Positions 40,127 through 49,525 of a stretch of DNA of 64,000 bases are shown here, piece by piece. The first letter of the stretch is position 1; every line of letters begins with the position of its first letter. The DNA lies in NCBI GenBank assembly GCA_020634975.1, contig JACKAQ010000001.1, positions 2,359,272 through 2,423,271 on the forward strand, in the 5' to 3' direction. The stretch comes from Calditrichia bacterium (lineage in GTDB: Bacteria; Calditrichota; Calditrichia; RBG-13-44-9; J075). Under the pieces are notes generated by a model. The model had not been told where the DNA came from. It worked only from the letters and a program-made list of their open reading frames with translations, and ran no database searches. The position numbers and the translations under genes were made by a program.

Positions 40127-41872
40127 TTAAGGAAGGTATTGGAAGTTCAGCGCTTCTACTTTGGTCAGGAAAATATTGCGTCCACCCAGGCTGATCAATA
40201 TAGTGTTGTCGAACTGTGCTTTTCCACGATAGCTGCCAACGGCAAACACATCGCCACGGCGATCGGCAATAATTCCCATCCCGAACTGATCCTCATCCCC
40301 TTCGATTTGAATAGCACCGGAAAATAATCCCTCCGGATTGAATTTGGCAATAAACACATCATCGCCGTTCCCGCTATCAAATGCGATGTCGCTGTCCGGG
40401 AACCGGATTTGCCCGGTAAAATGCCCGATTATAAAACTGTTCCCATCGCTGTCAACTGTTAATCCGCGAGCTGCCAGCCGGGTAAAATTTCCGGAGACCG
40501 GAATTGCCCACTGCAAGCGACAGTCCGGGTCGTATTTTGCGAGAAAAAGATTTCTGTTTATTTCATCGCCGGTGGGCAGTGCTTTTTCCAAGCGGCTATC
40601 ACTAAAAAATACTTCCGGTCCGGAGTAGAAACCGGTGACCAGAATATTGTTCTGCGCATCAACTGCCAAATCGTGCGCCTCGTCCCTGTCCGCGCCGCCT
40701 GCCCGAACTGCTGAAATCAGGTTTCCATCCGGGTCATATTTGCTGATGAAAATATCATTCGAACCGACACTTTTTATCGTGTCCGAACCAAAATCGGCGG
40801 TGCCGGAAAATTGCCCCGCGATAATCACGTTCCCGAGTGCATCTGTGGCAATTGCCCGGGCGACATCTCCACCGGGCGTTGCGGCGCTGCCCGCCGTTCT
40901 GACCCACTGTAATTTTCCGTCGGGATTATATTTAACCACAAAAATATCGTTGCCGCCGCGCGTATCGATGGTTACGCTGTCGAACATTACCGTTCCGCCG
41001 AGGTTGTGATGCGCAAAGCTCCCGCAAACCAACACATTCCCGGCAGCATCGGCTGCAACATCATAACCGGCAACCGCGTAACTGCCCGAAGCATGGCTGA
41101 TCCAGCGTATCTCACCATTTTCAGTATATTTGGCGATGAACAGATTCTCATTCGGGCCGCTGCTTTTTAGCTGAATATTATCAAAATCGACTTCGCCGAT
41201 AAAGCCGCCCGTGATAATCAGATTGTTATTTTCATCCGTTGTAATGCCCAAACCCTGATTGTGACCGCTTTGCCCGGAGAGTGCGCCGCTGCCGCCGGTC
41301 TGTTTTGCCCATAGATTATTTCCGTCGGGGTCAAATTTTGCCACAAAAATATCGCCACCGTTTTGGCTGCGCAATTGTTGATTGTCAAAAAAAAGTGTCG
41401 AATCAAATTCGCCGGTGATGAAGGCGTTGTTCCGGTTGTCCAGTGCGATGCCCCATGCGTTGGTTTCCGATCCGCTGCTGGCAACCTCCGATACAAACAC
41501 AAATCTCGCCAAAAAATACATCGCCGGCAACGCGATTGCAGCGAAGGCAATTAGCGCTAATTGCCACGACCAGCTTTTGGCTTGCCGACCCAAATGTTGC
41601 CGGGATGAAACAGCCACAGGGCGAATTGCCGGTTCCTGTTCACCCGTTGTTTCCACAATTTCCTGCAATTCTTCCCGGAATCGCAACGCTTCGAAACAGG
41701 TATTGCAATAAAAAGTATGTTCGTCAAACGCATCGCGCTCAATGTCCGTTAACTCGCCGGAAATATATTGGTCAATGACAGCATCACGGTCGGGAATGCC
41801 GCAGGTATCATCCACAATCCGGTAGGGAAAATACCGCTGGAAACCGTGTTCGTCATTTATTTCGTGTTTCAT
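40127..41872 (-). CDS. Anti-sigma factor: N-terminal zinc-finger (zf-HC2-like) domain, TM helix, periplasmic SBBP beta-propeller repeats
   Basis: N-terminus with HTFYCNTCFEAL. TM segment WQLALIAFAAIALPAMYFLARFV. About eight repeats of the pattern DIFVAKFDPDGNNLWAKQTGG / DIFVVKYNPDGKLQWVRTAG, typical of SBBP. Confidence 0.75.
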   Translation of the reverse strand: MKHEINDEHGFQRYFPYRIVDDTCGIPDRDAVIDQYISGELTDIERDAFDEHTFYCNTCFEALRFREELQEIVETTGEQEPAIRPVAVSSRQHLGRQAKSWSWQLALIAFAAIALPAMYFLARFVFVSEVASSGSETNAWGIALDNRNNAFITGEFDSTLFFDNQQLRSQNGGDIFVAKFDPDGNNLWAKQTGGSGALSGQSGHNQGLGITTDENNNLIITGGFIGEVDFDNIQLKSSGPNENLFIAKYTENGEIRWISHASGSYAVAGYDVAADAAGNVLVCGSFAHHNLGGTVMFDSVTIDTRGGNDIFVVKYNPDGKLQWVRTAGSAATPGGDVARAIATDALGNVIIAGQFSGTADFGSDTIKSVGSNDIFISKYDPDGNLISAVRAGGADRDEAHDLAVDAQNNILVTGFYSGPEVFFSDSRLEKALPTGDEINRNLFLAKYDPDCRLQWAIPVSGNFTRLAARGLTVDSDGNSFIIGHFTGQIRFPDSDIAFDSGNGDDVFIAKFNPEGLFSGAIQIEGDEDQFGMGIIADRRGDVFAVGSYRGKAQFDNTILISLGGRNIFLTKVEALNFQYLP

Positions 41873-41957
41873 TGAGTATCCTAAAATTGCACTAATTTAT
41901 ATCTGACAATATTATCTTCATTAAATTTGTTGAAAAGTTGAAACATAAGCCAGCCCG

Positions 41958-42731
41958 TTAAACAGTGGTTTCGAACAGTTGATGTAATATCGACATCGCA
42001 AAAGCCAGTATGCCCAAATAGTCCGGTGCATCTAATTTTTTTCGCAATAATTTGATGGCATAATTGATCAACTCCGCCACTTTTGCGGTTGATTCCAGAT
42101 TCATCGCATTTTTGATCTGGTTGTTTGATAAGCCGTCGATATGTTTTAATTTTAATATTTTCCAATATTTAGCGTGTTTTTTATTGCGTCGCAGCAGGTG
42201 GATTGTTTTGAACAAATCCTCTTTTCGCAATTTTTCTTCCAGATCAACTTGTTGATCGATCAGCTCAAAACGATCGTAAAATTGACGGTCAATCGAAATT
42301 TTAAAATGGATTTCCCGGTAAATTTTTTCCAGACCGTCATTGATTTTGTTTTTGGCGATGCCAAAAACCAGCGAAGGCAGATTGCCTTTTTCCGGGCTGT
42401 AATTTCCGTTGCGGATGTATAAAATGACCGATGTTAAAATTTGTTGACGGGTATCTTTTATCAGCGCCAGCCGGATATCCTCTTTAAACACATCATCCGG
42501 GCTGATTTTTCTGCTGACCAACCGGGTAACCTCATCCGCAAAATGTGAGTAAATTTGCGCTGCGGCGTCTTGCATTGCTGTGATTGCGATCAGCCCCTCC
42601 TGATATTCTTCATCGGAAAGATGGTTCCTGTCGATGCGCCTTTCCCATTCACCGCCCTGCCGGATAATGGAAATCCATTCCTGAAATTGTTGATCATTTT
42701 TCAAATGGTCGGAAGAATTTGAATCGCTCAT
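41958..42731 (-). CDS. Sigma-70 family RNA polymerase sigma factor (ECF-like), co-directional with the anti-sigma gene
   Basis: Region-4-like HTH (LKHIDGLSNNQIKNAMNLESTAKVAELINYAIKLLRKK). Start taken at ATG 42731; the long ORF extends to 42794. Confidence 0.65.
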   Translation of the reverse strand: MSDSNSSDHLKNDQQFQEWISIIRQGGEWERRIDRNHLSDEEYQEGLIAITAMQDAAAQIYSHFADEVTRLVSRKISPDDVFKEDIRLALIKDTRQQILTSVILYIRNGNYSPEKGNLPSLVFGIAKNKINDGLEKIYREIHFKISIDRQFYDRFELIDQQVDLEEKLRKEDLFKTIHLLRRNKKHAKYWKILKLKHIDGLSNNQIKNAMNLESTAKVAELINYAIKLLRKKLDAPDYLGILAFAMSILHQLFETTV

Positions 42732-42919
42732 CGAGGCCTTTACGGGATTATTCGCAAGATTACCGGTTAAATTTACGCATGTTAACTGAAGCAATGCAAG
42801 TGATTAACAATGGCGAAATTTGAAAACAAATTGTCATTTTCCGGGTTGCCTTAATCACAATTTTAATGTTAATTCTAAACATTAAAAATGATTATTCCGC
42901 AACCATTAACTGAGAAGCA

Positions 42920-43612
42920 GTGCATATGTCTATTCATCTTTTGAGCCAGAAAACCGGTCAATATGCCGGGTGGTTTATTGCTTTTATGTTGCTATTTCTT
43001 TTGGGATGCAGCAAATCTCCGGATTCAACACCTGTTGAAACCAATCAGGAGCCGGTGCTCGGTTGCGACGGACAAACGTATATCATGCCCTCCGAATCAC
43101 CATATGTGTTACCTTTTCCGGTTGGGCAAACATTTCAAACCGGATTAACCAACTGCTCAAGTTCATTTCATGGCCCGGGGCAGCCGGATCAATATGCGTT
43201 TGATTTCAACATGCCTACCGGAACGCCGTTTGTGGCTGCACGCGGTGGAATCGTGTTCGAAGTTGTCGAAAATGCCTCCGGCAAAAACAACCTCGCCAAA
43301 TTTACGAATAGCGATAATTATTCGATTGTTGGTAATTACGTTACCATCGATCACGGGGACAGCACGTTTGGATTGTATTTGCATTCACCGGACGATGGCA
43401 TTGCTGTCACGGTGGGCGATTCGGTTCAACAAGGCGATGTTTTGGGCGTTACCGGTCGTTCCGGTTTGGCGGGATACCCGCATTTGCATTTTATTGTGGT
43501 CAAATATCCGCCGGAATTTCCTTATTCCGGCATTGCGGTATCTTTCAGTAATGCATTGCCTGCGGATGTTGTTTTGCAGGGCGATACACAATACAAAGCC
43601 GTTGCATATTGA
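42920..43612 (+). CDS. M23-family metallopeptidase lipoprotein
   Basis: Lipobox LLGCSKS. M23 motifs (HxxxD ... GYPHLHF). Confidence 0.75.
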   Translation: MHMSIHLLSQKTGQYAGWFIAFMLLFLLGCSKSPDSTPVETNQEPVLGCDGQTYIMPSESPYVLPFPVGQTFQTGLTNCSSSFHGPGQPDQYAFDFNMPTGTPFVAARGGIVFEVVENASGKNNLAKFTNSDNYSIVGNYVTIDHGDSTFGLYLHSPDDGIAVTVGDSVQQGDVLGVTGRSGLAGYPHLHFIVVKYPPEFPYSGIAVSFSNALPADVVLQGDTQYKAVAY

Positions 43613-43639
43613 AATATTCAGATAAGCGTTCGTTCAACA

Positions 43640-44566
43640 TTGAAGCCCTTTAACCCGAAATGGAATAATCTCGCTCATGCTGCAGCGGCAAAGTTGATTG
43701 CCAATCAGTTGCCGGAATTTGATGCTGCGCAACTTGAACCTGCCGGAGAAGGTGATTTTTGTCTCGCGTTCCGATGCAGCGAGAAAATTATCCGGGTGGC
43801 GCGACACGCCGAAGCGGCCGCTGCGATTGAACGGGAAACCTGCGTTCTCCGCAAAATTGCTGCAGAACTGCCCCTGCCGGTTCCTCAACTATCGATTTAT
43901 ACGCCGGAAACATGTCCGCCATTTACGATGCACAACGAGATTGTTGGCGATGTGCTCACCCGGGAAATTTGGGAAAGACTGCCGGCTGTTTCGCAGGAAA
44001 AAGCTGTCGCAGATTTGGCAAATTTCCTGAAAGCACTACACTCCATCCCCGTCGAAATTGCCGACGACTGCGAATTGCCGCAACTGGATGCGGTTACAGT
44101 TGCGGCAAATTTGAGCGCAGCGGCAGCCAAAATTTCCCATCTGCTCGATCCGCAAAGCCGTTTGCTGCTCGCAGAAACCCTCGAAAGATGGGCAAACCCG
44201 CCAAACCCGGAAAAGCGGCAATCGCTGATCCATTGCGATATTGCACCGGGACATCTCCTTTTCGATCCGCAATCCGGCCACTTGACCGGCGTGATCGATT
44301 TTGGCGATATCGCCATTGGCAATACTGCCCGCGATTTTATCTACATTTACGAAGATTTTGGCGAGTCAATTCTCGAGTTGGTGCTCAATTATTACGCCGG
44401 AAAAAACGCGCCGGAAATGATGACCGAAATTCGCAAATGGTATCTGCTCGAAGCCATTTCGTGGGTAATCGATAAGTTTGAATCACAGGATCGGGTGGAG
44501 CTGGCGCACGGCATCGCCGAAATTGAGCGCGAACTCACAATTCTCAAAACATCTCTTGATGATTGA
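43640..44566 (+). CDS. Phosphotransferase-enzyme-family (APH/choline-kinase-like) kinase
   Basis: Brenner motif HCDIAPGHLLFD and downstream GVIDFGDIAIGNTARDF. TTG start at 43640 is uncertain. Confidence 0.65.
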   Translation: MKPFNPKWNNLAHAAAAKLIANQLPEFDAAQLEPAGEGDFCLAFRCSEKIIRVARHAEAAAAIERETCVLRKIAAELPLPVPQLSIYTPETCPPFTMHNEIVGDVLTREIWERLPAVSQEKAVADLANFLKALHSIPVEIADDCELPQLDAVTVAANLSAAAAKISHLLDPQSRLLLAETLERWANPPNPEKRQSLIHCDIAPGHLLFDPQSGHLTGVIDFGDIAIGNTARDFIYIYEDFGESILELVLNYYAGKNAPEMMTEIRKWYLLEAISWVIDKFESQDRVELAHGIAEIERELTILKTSLDD

Positions 44567-44636
44567 AAATTTGTTAATGTGGGTGATCGCGATGCCCAAA
44601 TTTGGACAACCGCGTGATCACTCATTTGAAAAAACA

Positions 44637-44667
44637 AAACCTCGTAAAATTAATTACGAGGTTTTTG
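44637..44667. terminator. Bidirectional intrinsic terminator between convergent genes
   Basis: CCTCGTAA-AATTAA-TTACGAGG stem-loop flanked by A-run and T-run. Confidence 0.65.
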
Positions 44668-44745
44668 GTTAGGGATACTTTAACATCGGGCGATGGATAA
44701 AGTATCCGGGAAATTTATTTTGGGCAGCTCAATTCTCCGGGAAAA

Positions 44746-45375
44746 TTAGAACATCCGGAATCTGACTGAAAAACTGAATCGCGATAACGATGGTTTGTTT
44801 TCAAAATCGATGCTGCCCTCTTTTTTCTCAAAAGATGATGTTGCGGTTTTTGTGTATTCCAAAATCAACGACATAATGCCCGCGCTTAAATCGATACCTG
44901 CGCCATAACTAAAACCGGTGCCGCTGTAATCGTATTCCCGAAGCTGGACTTGAGATGCAATGGCACCGTCAACGATTTGTAAATCATTGAGTGTATATTT
45001 TGTGAAGCTGGCATTTAAAAACGGGCGGAATCCACCGGAGAGCACATAGTAGCGAGCACCTATATCATGCATTACTAATGAATAAGCGTCAACATTCGCT
45101 TCGTTACAGTATTCATAATGCCAGTGATAAAACGCATCCAAATTGCTTAAAACACCATAACCCAATAGAAATCCTGCACCTACAACGTCCGCTTCAGAAC
45201 GATTTTCCATTCGGCGAGTGGCAGTAAAAGCATTGTCATCCGGATTTCCATCCAGCGAAAATCCACCCATGGCCATTGATACACCTGCTGTAATTTTACC
45301 AGCTTGTGCGAAGGCGTTGTTATGCGTTGAGATGATCAAAAAACATGCGGTCAGTGCAAAAACGAATCCTTTCAT
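44746..45375 (-). CDS. Small outer-membrane beta-barrel protein (OmpW/porin-like)
   Basis: Signal peptide ending AFAQA, alternating hydrophobic beta strands, C-terminal ...RFRMF. Confidence 0.6.
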   Translation of the reverse strand: MKGFVFALTACFLIISTHNNAFAQAGKITAGVSMAMGGFSLDGNPDDNAFTATRRMENRSEADVVGAGFLLGYGVLSNLDAFYHWHYEYCNEANVDAYSLVMHDIGARYYVLSGGFRPFLNASFTKYTLNDLQIVDGAIASQVQLREYDYSGTGFSYGAGIDLSAGIMSLILEYTKTATSSFEKKEGSIDFENKPSLSRFSFSVRFRMF

Positions 45376-45650
45376 AATGATCTCCTTTAAAAAGTGAACT
45401 GAATTTGATATTTGACAATCCTTTCGTATTCAAGCTACCCTAATTTGGGAAAATCAAATGCAGTTGTGCAATACGGCAAATGACGTAATTTTGTGATGGC
45501 AGCTTCAATGGATTGTTTTTGTTTTATTCGAAACATGCGAAAAAGCCGGTTTTGATACCGTTTTGAAAAACTGCAATGTTATTTTGAATCGATAGTTGTG
45601 CAGGTAAAAAAAGTGAATCGACAATCTGACATACGAAATGGAACCATCGC

Positions 45651-46214
45651 ATGAGCCTTTTAAAAGGAGATGTGACGCAATTGCTGGCAGAATTGAGCGG
45701 CGGTAACCGCTCCGTTGTTGACCGGTTAATTCCGGTGGTTTATGATGAACTCCACCAATTGGCTGAACGCGAATTGCGAAGGGAGCGTGCCGGACACACC
45801 CTCAACGCAACCGCGTTGGTGCACGAAGCTTATGTAAAATTGATCGATCAACACCGGGTGGACTGGCAAAATCGCGCCCATTTTATGGCGATTGCTGCGC
45901 AATCGATGCGCCGGATTTTGATCAACTACGCCAAAAGCCGCAGCGCCCAAAAACGCGGCAGCGGTATGCCGGTGATCACCTTTATCGAAGAAGCAATGCC
46001 CCGCGAAACACCGCCCGAAGAATTACTGGCGCTTGATGAAGCGCTCACCCGATTGGAAAAATTAAACGAGCGGCAAAGCAAAGTGATCGAATACTGGTTT
46101 TTTGGCGGACTTACTCACGAAGAAATCGCCGACGTGCTGGAAATTTCCCTGCCCACCGTTCGCCGCGATTGGCGGTTCGCCCGCGCATGGCTCAGCCGGG
46201 AGTTGAAGCAGTGA
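45651..46214 (+). CDS. ECF-type sigma-70 factor (type commonly linked to Ser/Thr kinases)
   Basis: Region 2 (LVHEAYVKLID) and region 4 (GGLTHEEIADVLEISLPTVRRDWRFARAWL). 187 aa. Sits directly upstream of a Hanks kinase. Confidence 0.8.
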   Translation: MSLLKGDVTQLLAELSGGNRSVVDRLIPVVYDELHQLAERELRRERAGHTLNATALVHEAYVKLIDQHRVDWQNRAHFMAIAAQSMRRILINYAKSRSAQKRGSGMPVITFIEEAMPRETPPEELLALDEALTRLEKLNERQSKVIEYWFFGGLTHEEIADVLEISLPTVRRDWRFARAWLSRELKQ

Positions 46215-46314
46215 TTGGGTATTTTTAAGCAAAGGTGGTGTCTGTTTATTTAATCAAAAAAACAACATTTTGCCTCGCAATTAAAAACACTCAAGCGATA
46301 AAAAACCACAACCG

Positions 46315-49300
46315 ATGTTCAGAAAAAGGATACCCATGGACAGCAACCGCTGGCAAAAAATACAGGAAATTTTTGATGCCGCAGCGGAACTCGACGCAGC
46401 GGAGCAGGCGATTTTTCTTCGAGAAAAATGTGCCGGCGATGAGGCGTTATTTCATGAAATTCAATCGCTGCTGGCGGCGGACAGCCAACCGCACAGCTTG
46501 ATGGAAAGCCAGATCGCCAAACCCGAATTGCCGTTGTCGCCGAAGGAATTTGCCGGCGAAATCATCGGGTCGTACAAATTGGTCAAATTGATCGGGCACG
46601 GCGGGATGGGTTCGGTGTATCTGGCGGAGCGCGCCGACGGGCAATTTGAGCAGCAGGTCGCGCTGAAACTTATCCGTCCGGGGCTGAATTCAACAGAAAT
46701 TTTGCGGCGATTTTGGGAAGAACGGCAGATTTTAGCGCGACTGCAACACCCGAACATCGCGCGGTTGCTCGATGGCGGCGTAACTGAAAACAAGCTGCCT
46801 TATTTCACCCTCGAATATGTGGATGGCGAACCCGTTGATACGTATTGCGATCGCCGCAAGTTAACGGTTGACCAGCGGCTGGCGCTGTTTCTGGAAATTT
46901 GCGATGCAGTGCAATTTGCCCACCGGAATCTGGTGATTCACCGCGATCTCAAACCCGGCAACATTCTCGTAACCCGCGATGGCAAAGTGAAGTTGCTCGA
47001 TTTTGGCATCGCGAAAGTGTTCGGCAGCGAAGATGACGGCGAAAGCGGCGCACTCACCCAAACCGGACAGCATGTGCTCACCCCGGAATATGCCTCGCCG
47101 GAACAGGTGCGCGGCGAGGCGGTCACGACCGCTAGCGATATTTACGCCCTCGGCATGGTGCTTTACGAGCTGCTCAGCGGTTTTCGCGCATACAAAATTG
47201 CCACGCGAAGCATGGCTGAAATGGAGCGGATCATCTGTTCCACCGAACCGGCAAAGCCGAGCACCACTTTTCAGCCACCCGTTGCAAAAGTAACTGATGA
47301 CCATTTGCCGGACACCCAACAAATCGCAACTGCCCGCAACACCAATCCGGAAAAATTGCGCCGGCGGTTGTCCGGCGATCTGGACAATATCTGCCTTATG
47401 GCGCTGCGCAAAGAGCCGGAACGGCGATACGCCTCGGTGGATCAGTTTGCGCAGGATATCCAGCGGCATCTCAACGGTTTGCCGGTCATCGCCCGCCCGG
47501 ATACGCTGCAATACCGCACCCAAAAATTTGTCCGGCGGCACCGGTTGGGCATTGCATTTATGGCAATTTTATTATTGGTAGCGACAGCGCTCACCGCATT
47601 TTACACCGCAAAACTCACCCATCAGCGGGATATCGCTGTTCAGGAAGCCCGTAAATCGGAACAAATTACCCGTTTTCTCACCAATCTTTTTGAAGTTGCC
47701 GATCCCGGCGAATCCAAAGGTCGAACCGTAACGGCGAGCGAGCTTTTGCATCGCGGCGCGGCACGAATTGACACCGAGTTGGCGAATCAACCGGCATCGC
47801 AGGCTGCTATTCAGCAGGTTATCGGCGAAGTTTATCTCTCGTTGGGGCTTTACAGCGAGGGGCTGGAATTGCTGGAAAAAAGCCTTGCCACCCGCCGGAA
47901 ATTGCCCGATCAGGAAACACCCGAATTGGCAAAATGTATGATCAGTTTGGCAAGTGCGCTGTTGGAAAATGGCGAATATCCGGAAGCCGAAAAATTATTG
48001 GATGAAGCTAAGTTGTTAATTTCAAATAAATTAGGTGATACTCATTATTTAATGGCATTTGTTGTAAATCACCTCGCCAGATCCCGCAATCAACAGGGCG
48101 ATTTTGCCGGTGCGGAACCGTTGTATCGCCAGGCGCTGCGAATTTGGGAGCAAAACGGGCAGGGCGATTCGCTGGAAGCGTCCATCGTGATGAACAATCT
48201 GGGGTTGCTACTCGATGAACGTGGGCAGTATTTGGAATCTGAGGCAATGTATCGCGCAGCAGTTGATATTCAGACGAGGGTTCTGGGTGATTTGCATCCG
48301 GAAATTACCACAACCATGTTCAATCTCGGGCAACTCCTCCACAAAACCGGCAAATATGCTGCAGCTGAAGAAATGCTGCTGCAAGTGGTCGAAAATGATC
48401 GCAAAATGCTCGGTGAATCGCACCCGTATCTGGCATTCGATTTGAACAGCCTTGCCAGAGTCAGTGAAGTTCAGGGGAATTATGCGGTTGCAGAATCGTT
48501 GTATTTGCGGGCGCTGGATATCCGTCGGGAGGCGTTGGGTGCGGAACACCCGGATGTTATTTTTAATTTGAACGTGATCGGCAAAGTGCTCCAGTTGCAG
48601 GGAAAATATCACGAAGCGAACAATTACTATCGTCGTGCGTTGCGGGTGGGCAGCCGGTTTCTCGGGGAAGATCATCCCGAAAGGGCACATACATTGCGGC
48701 TGCTCTCCGCAAATCTGATGCTGCTGGACAGCCTCGATGCTGCCGAAAAATATCTCGATCAGGTTGAGGCGATTGACCGGAAGGTTCGCGGCACGGAGCA
48801 TCCGGTTTATGGTGTTGATTTGTATGAGCGGAGCCGGTTGCTGACAATTCGCGGTGATGTTGACAAAGCTGCCGAGTTGATTCAGCGGTCATTGGAAATT
48901 TATCGAAAAACTTATGGTCCGGAGCATGTTGCGTTGGCTTCGACGATGTTGCAAATGGGGAAAATAGCGCTGAAACAAGGGAAAGTCCAATTGGCTGATT
49001 CCGTTTTTCGGGAATCGCTGCAAATTTACAGCAATAAATTGGGTGCGGAAAATGAGCAAGTCGGTTGGTTGCTGATGGCGCGTGCCCAAACAGCGTTGGC
49101 AGCCAACAAGGTTTTTGCAGCGGGTGATTTTATCACCAAAGGGCTGGCAATTTTGCAAAAACGACTGTTGCCGGAACATCCGCGATTACTGCATGCGCAA
49201 TTGACCAAAGCCTGTTGGCTAATCGCCAGCGGTGATAATCAGTCCGCCGAAATACTCATCCAGCAAACACAAAAAATGTTGGCAAAACAGCTGAGCCCCC

Positions 49301-49371
49301 GCCACCGGTATGTCCGGGAAGCGGAGGCTCTGGCTGCGGAAGTATCAGTTTTGGCAACGCAGACGGAGTAG
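46315..49371 (+). CDS. Hanks-type serine/threonine protein kinase with TM helix and extended C-terminal TPR repeats
   Basis: VALK, HRDLKPGNILV, DFGIAKV and APE kinase motifs. TM segment IAFMAILLLVATALTAFY. The C-terminal ~600 aa are made of TPR-like repeats. Start may be ATG 46336. Confidence 0.85.
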   Translation: MFRKRIPMDSNRWQKIQEIFDAAAELDAAEQAIFLREKCAGDEALFHEIQSLLAADSQPHSLMESQIAKPELPLSPKEFAGEIIGSYKLVKLIGHGGMGSVYLAERADGQFEQQVALKLIRPGLNSTEILRRFWEERQILARLQHPNIARLLDGGVTENKLPYFTLEYVDGEPVDTYCDRRKLTVDQRLALFLEICDAVQFAHRNLVIHRDLKPGNILVTRDGKVKLLDFGIAKVFGSEDDGESGALTQTGQHVLTPEYASPEQVRGEAVTTASDIYALGMVLYELLSGFRAYKIATRSMAEMERIICSTEPAKPSTTFQPPVAKVTDDHLPDTQQIATARNTNPEKLRRRLSGDLDNICLMALRKEPERRYASVDQFAQDIQRHLNGLPVIARPDTLQYRTQKFVRRHRLGIAFMAILLLVATALTAFYTAKLTHQRDIAVQEARKSEQITRFLTNLFEVADPGESKGRTVTASELLHRGAARIDTELANQPASQAAIQQVIGEVYLSLGLYSEGLELLEKSLATRRKLPDQETPELAKCMISLASALLENGEYPEAEKLLDEAKLLISNKLGDTHYLMAFVVNHLARSRNQQGDFAGAEPLYRQALRIWEQNGQGDSLEASIVMNNLGLLLDERGQYLESEAMYRAAVDIQTRVLGDLHPEITTTMFNLGQLLHKTGKYAAAEEMLLQVVENDRKMLGESHPYLAFDLNSLARVSEVQGNYAVAESLYLRALDIRREALGAEHPDVIFNLNVIGKVLQLQGKYHEANNYYRRALRVGSRFLGEDHPERAHTLRLLSANLMLLDSLDAAEKYLDQVEAIDRKVRGTEHPVYGVDLYERSRLLTIRGDVDKAAELIQRSLEIYRKTYGPEHVALASTMLQMGKIALKQGKVQLADSVFRESLQIYSNKLGAENEQVGWLLMARAQTALAANKVFAAGDFITKGLAILQKRLLPEHPRLLHAQLTKACWLIASGDNQSAEILIQQTQKMLAKQLSPRHRYVREAEALAAEVSVLATQTE

Positions 49372-49525
49372 CCAAATCATGTTTTCTCATTCATTTTTTG
49401 ACAGGACGAACAAGATTAACCGGATTTTTATACTGCAAACAATTTGAATTTATCCTGCCAGTCCTGTTATCCTGTCAACAAAACACAAACTGAAATGATG
49501 CATCAAATCTATTGAAATCAATTAG

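Noticed and set aside
43170-44475. Several 140-190-aa ORFs overlapping the M23 peptidase and APH-family genes
   Set aside because: Alternative-frame or antisense overlaps of genes with clear motifs. Arg-rich spurious composition.
46235-46501. 88-aa ORF upstream of and overlapping the kinase start
   Set aside because: Overlaps the kinase N-terminus in another frame. No motifs.
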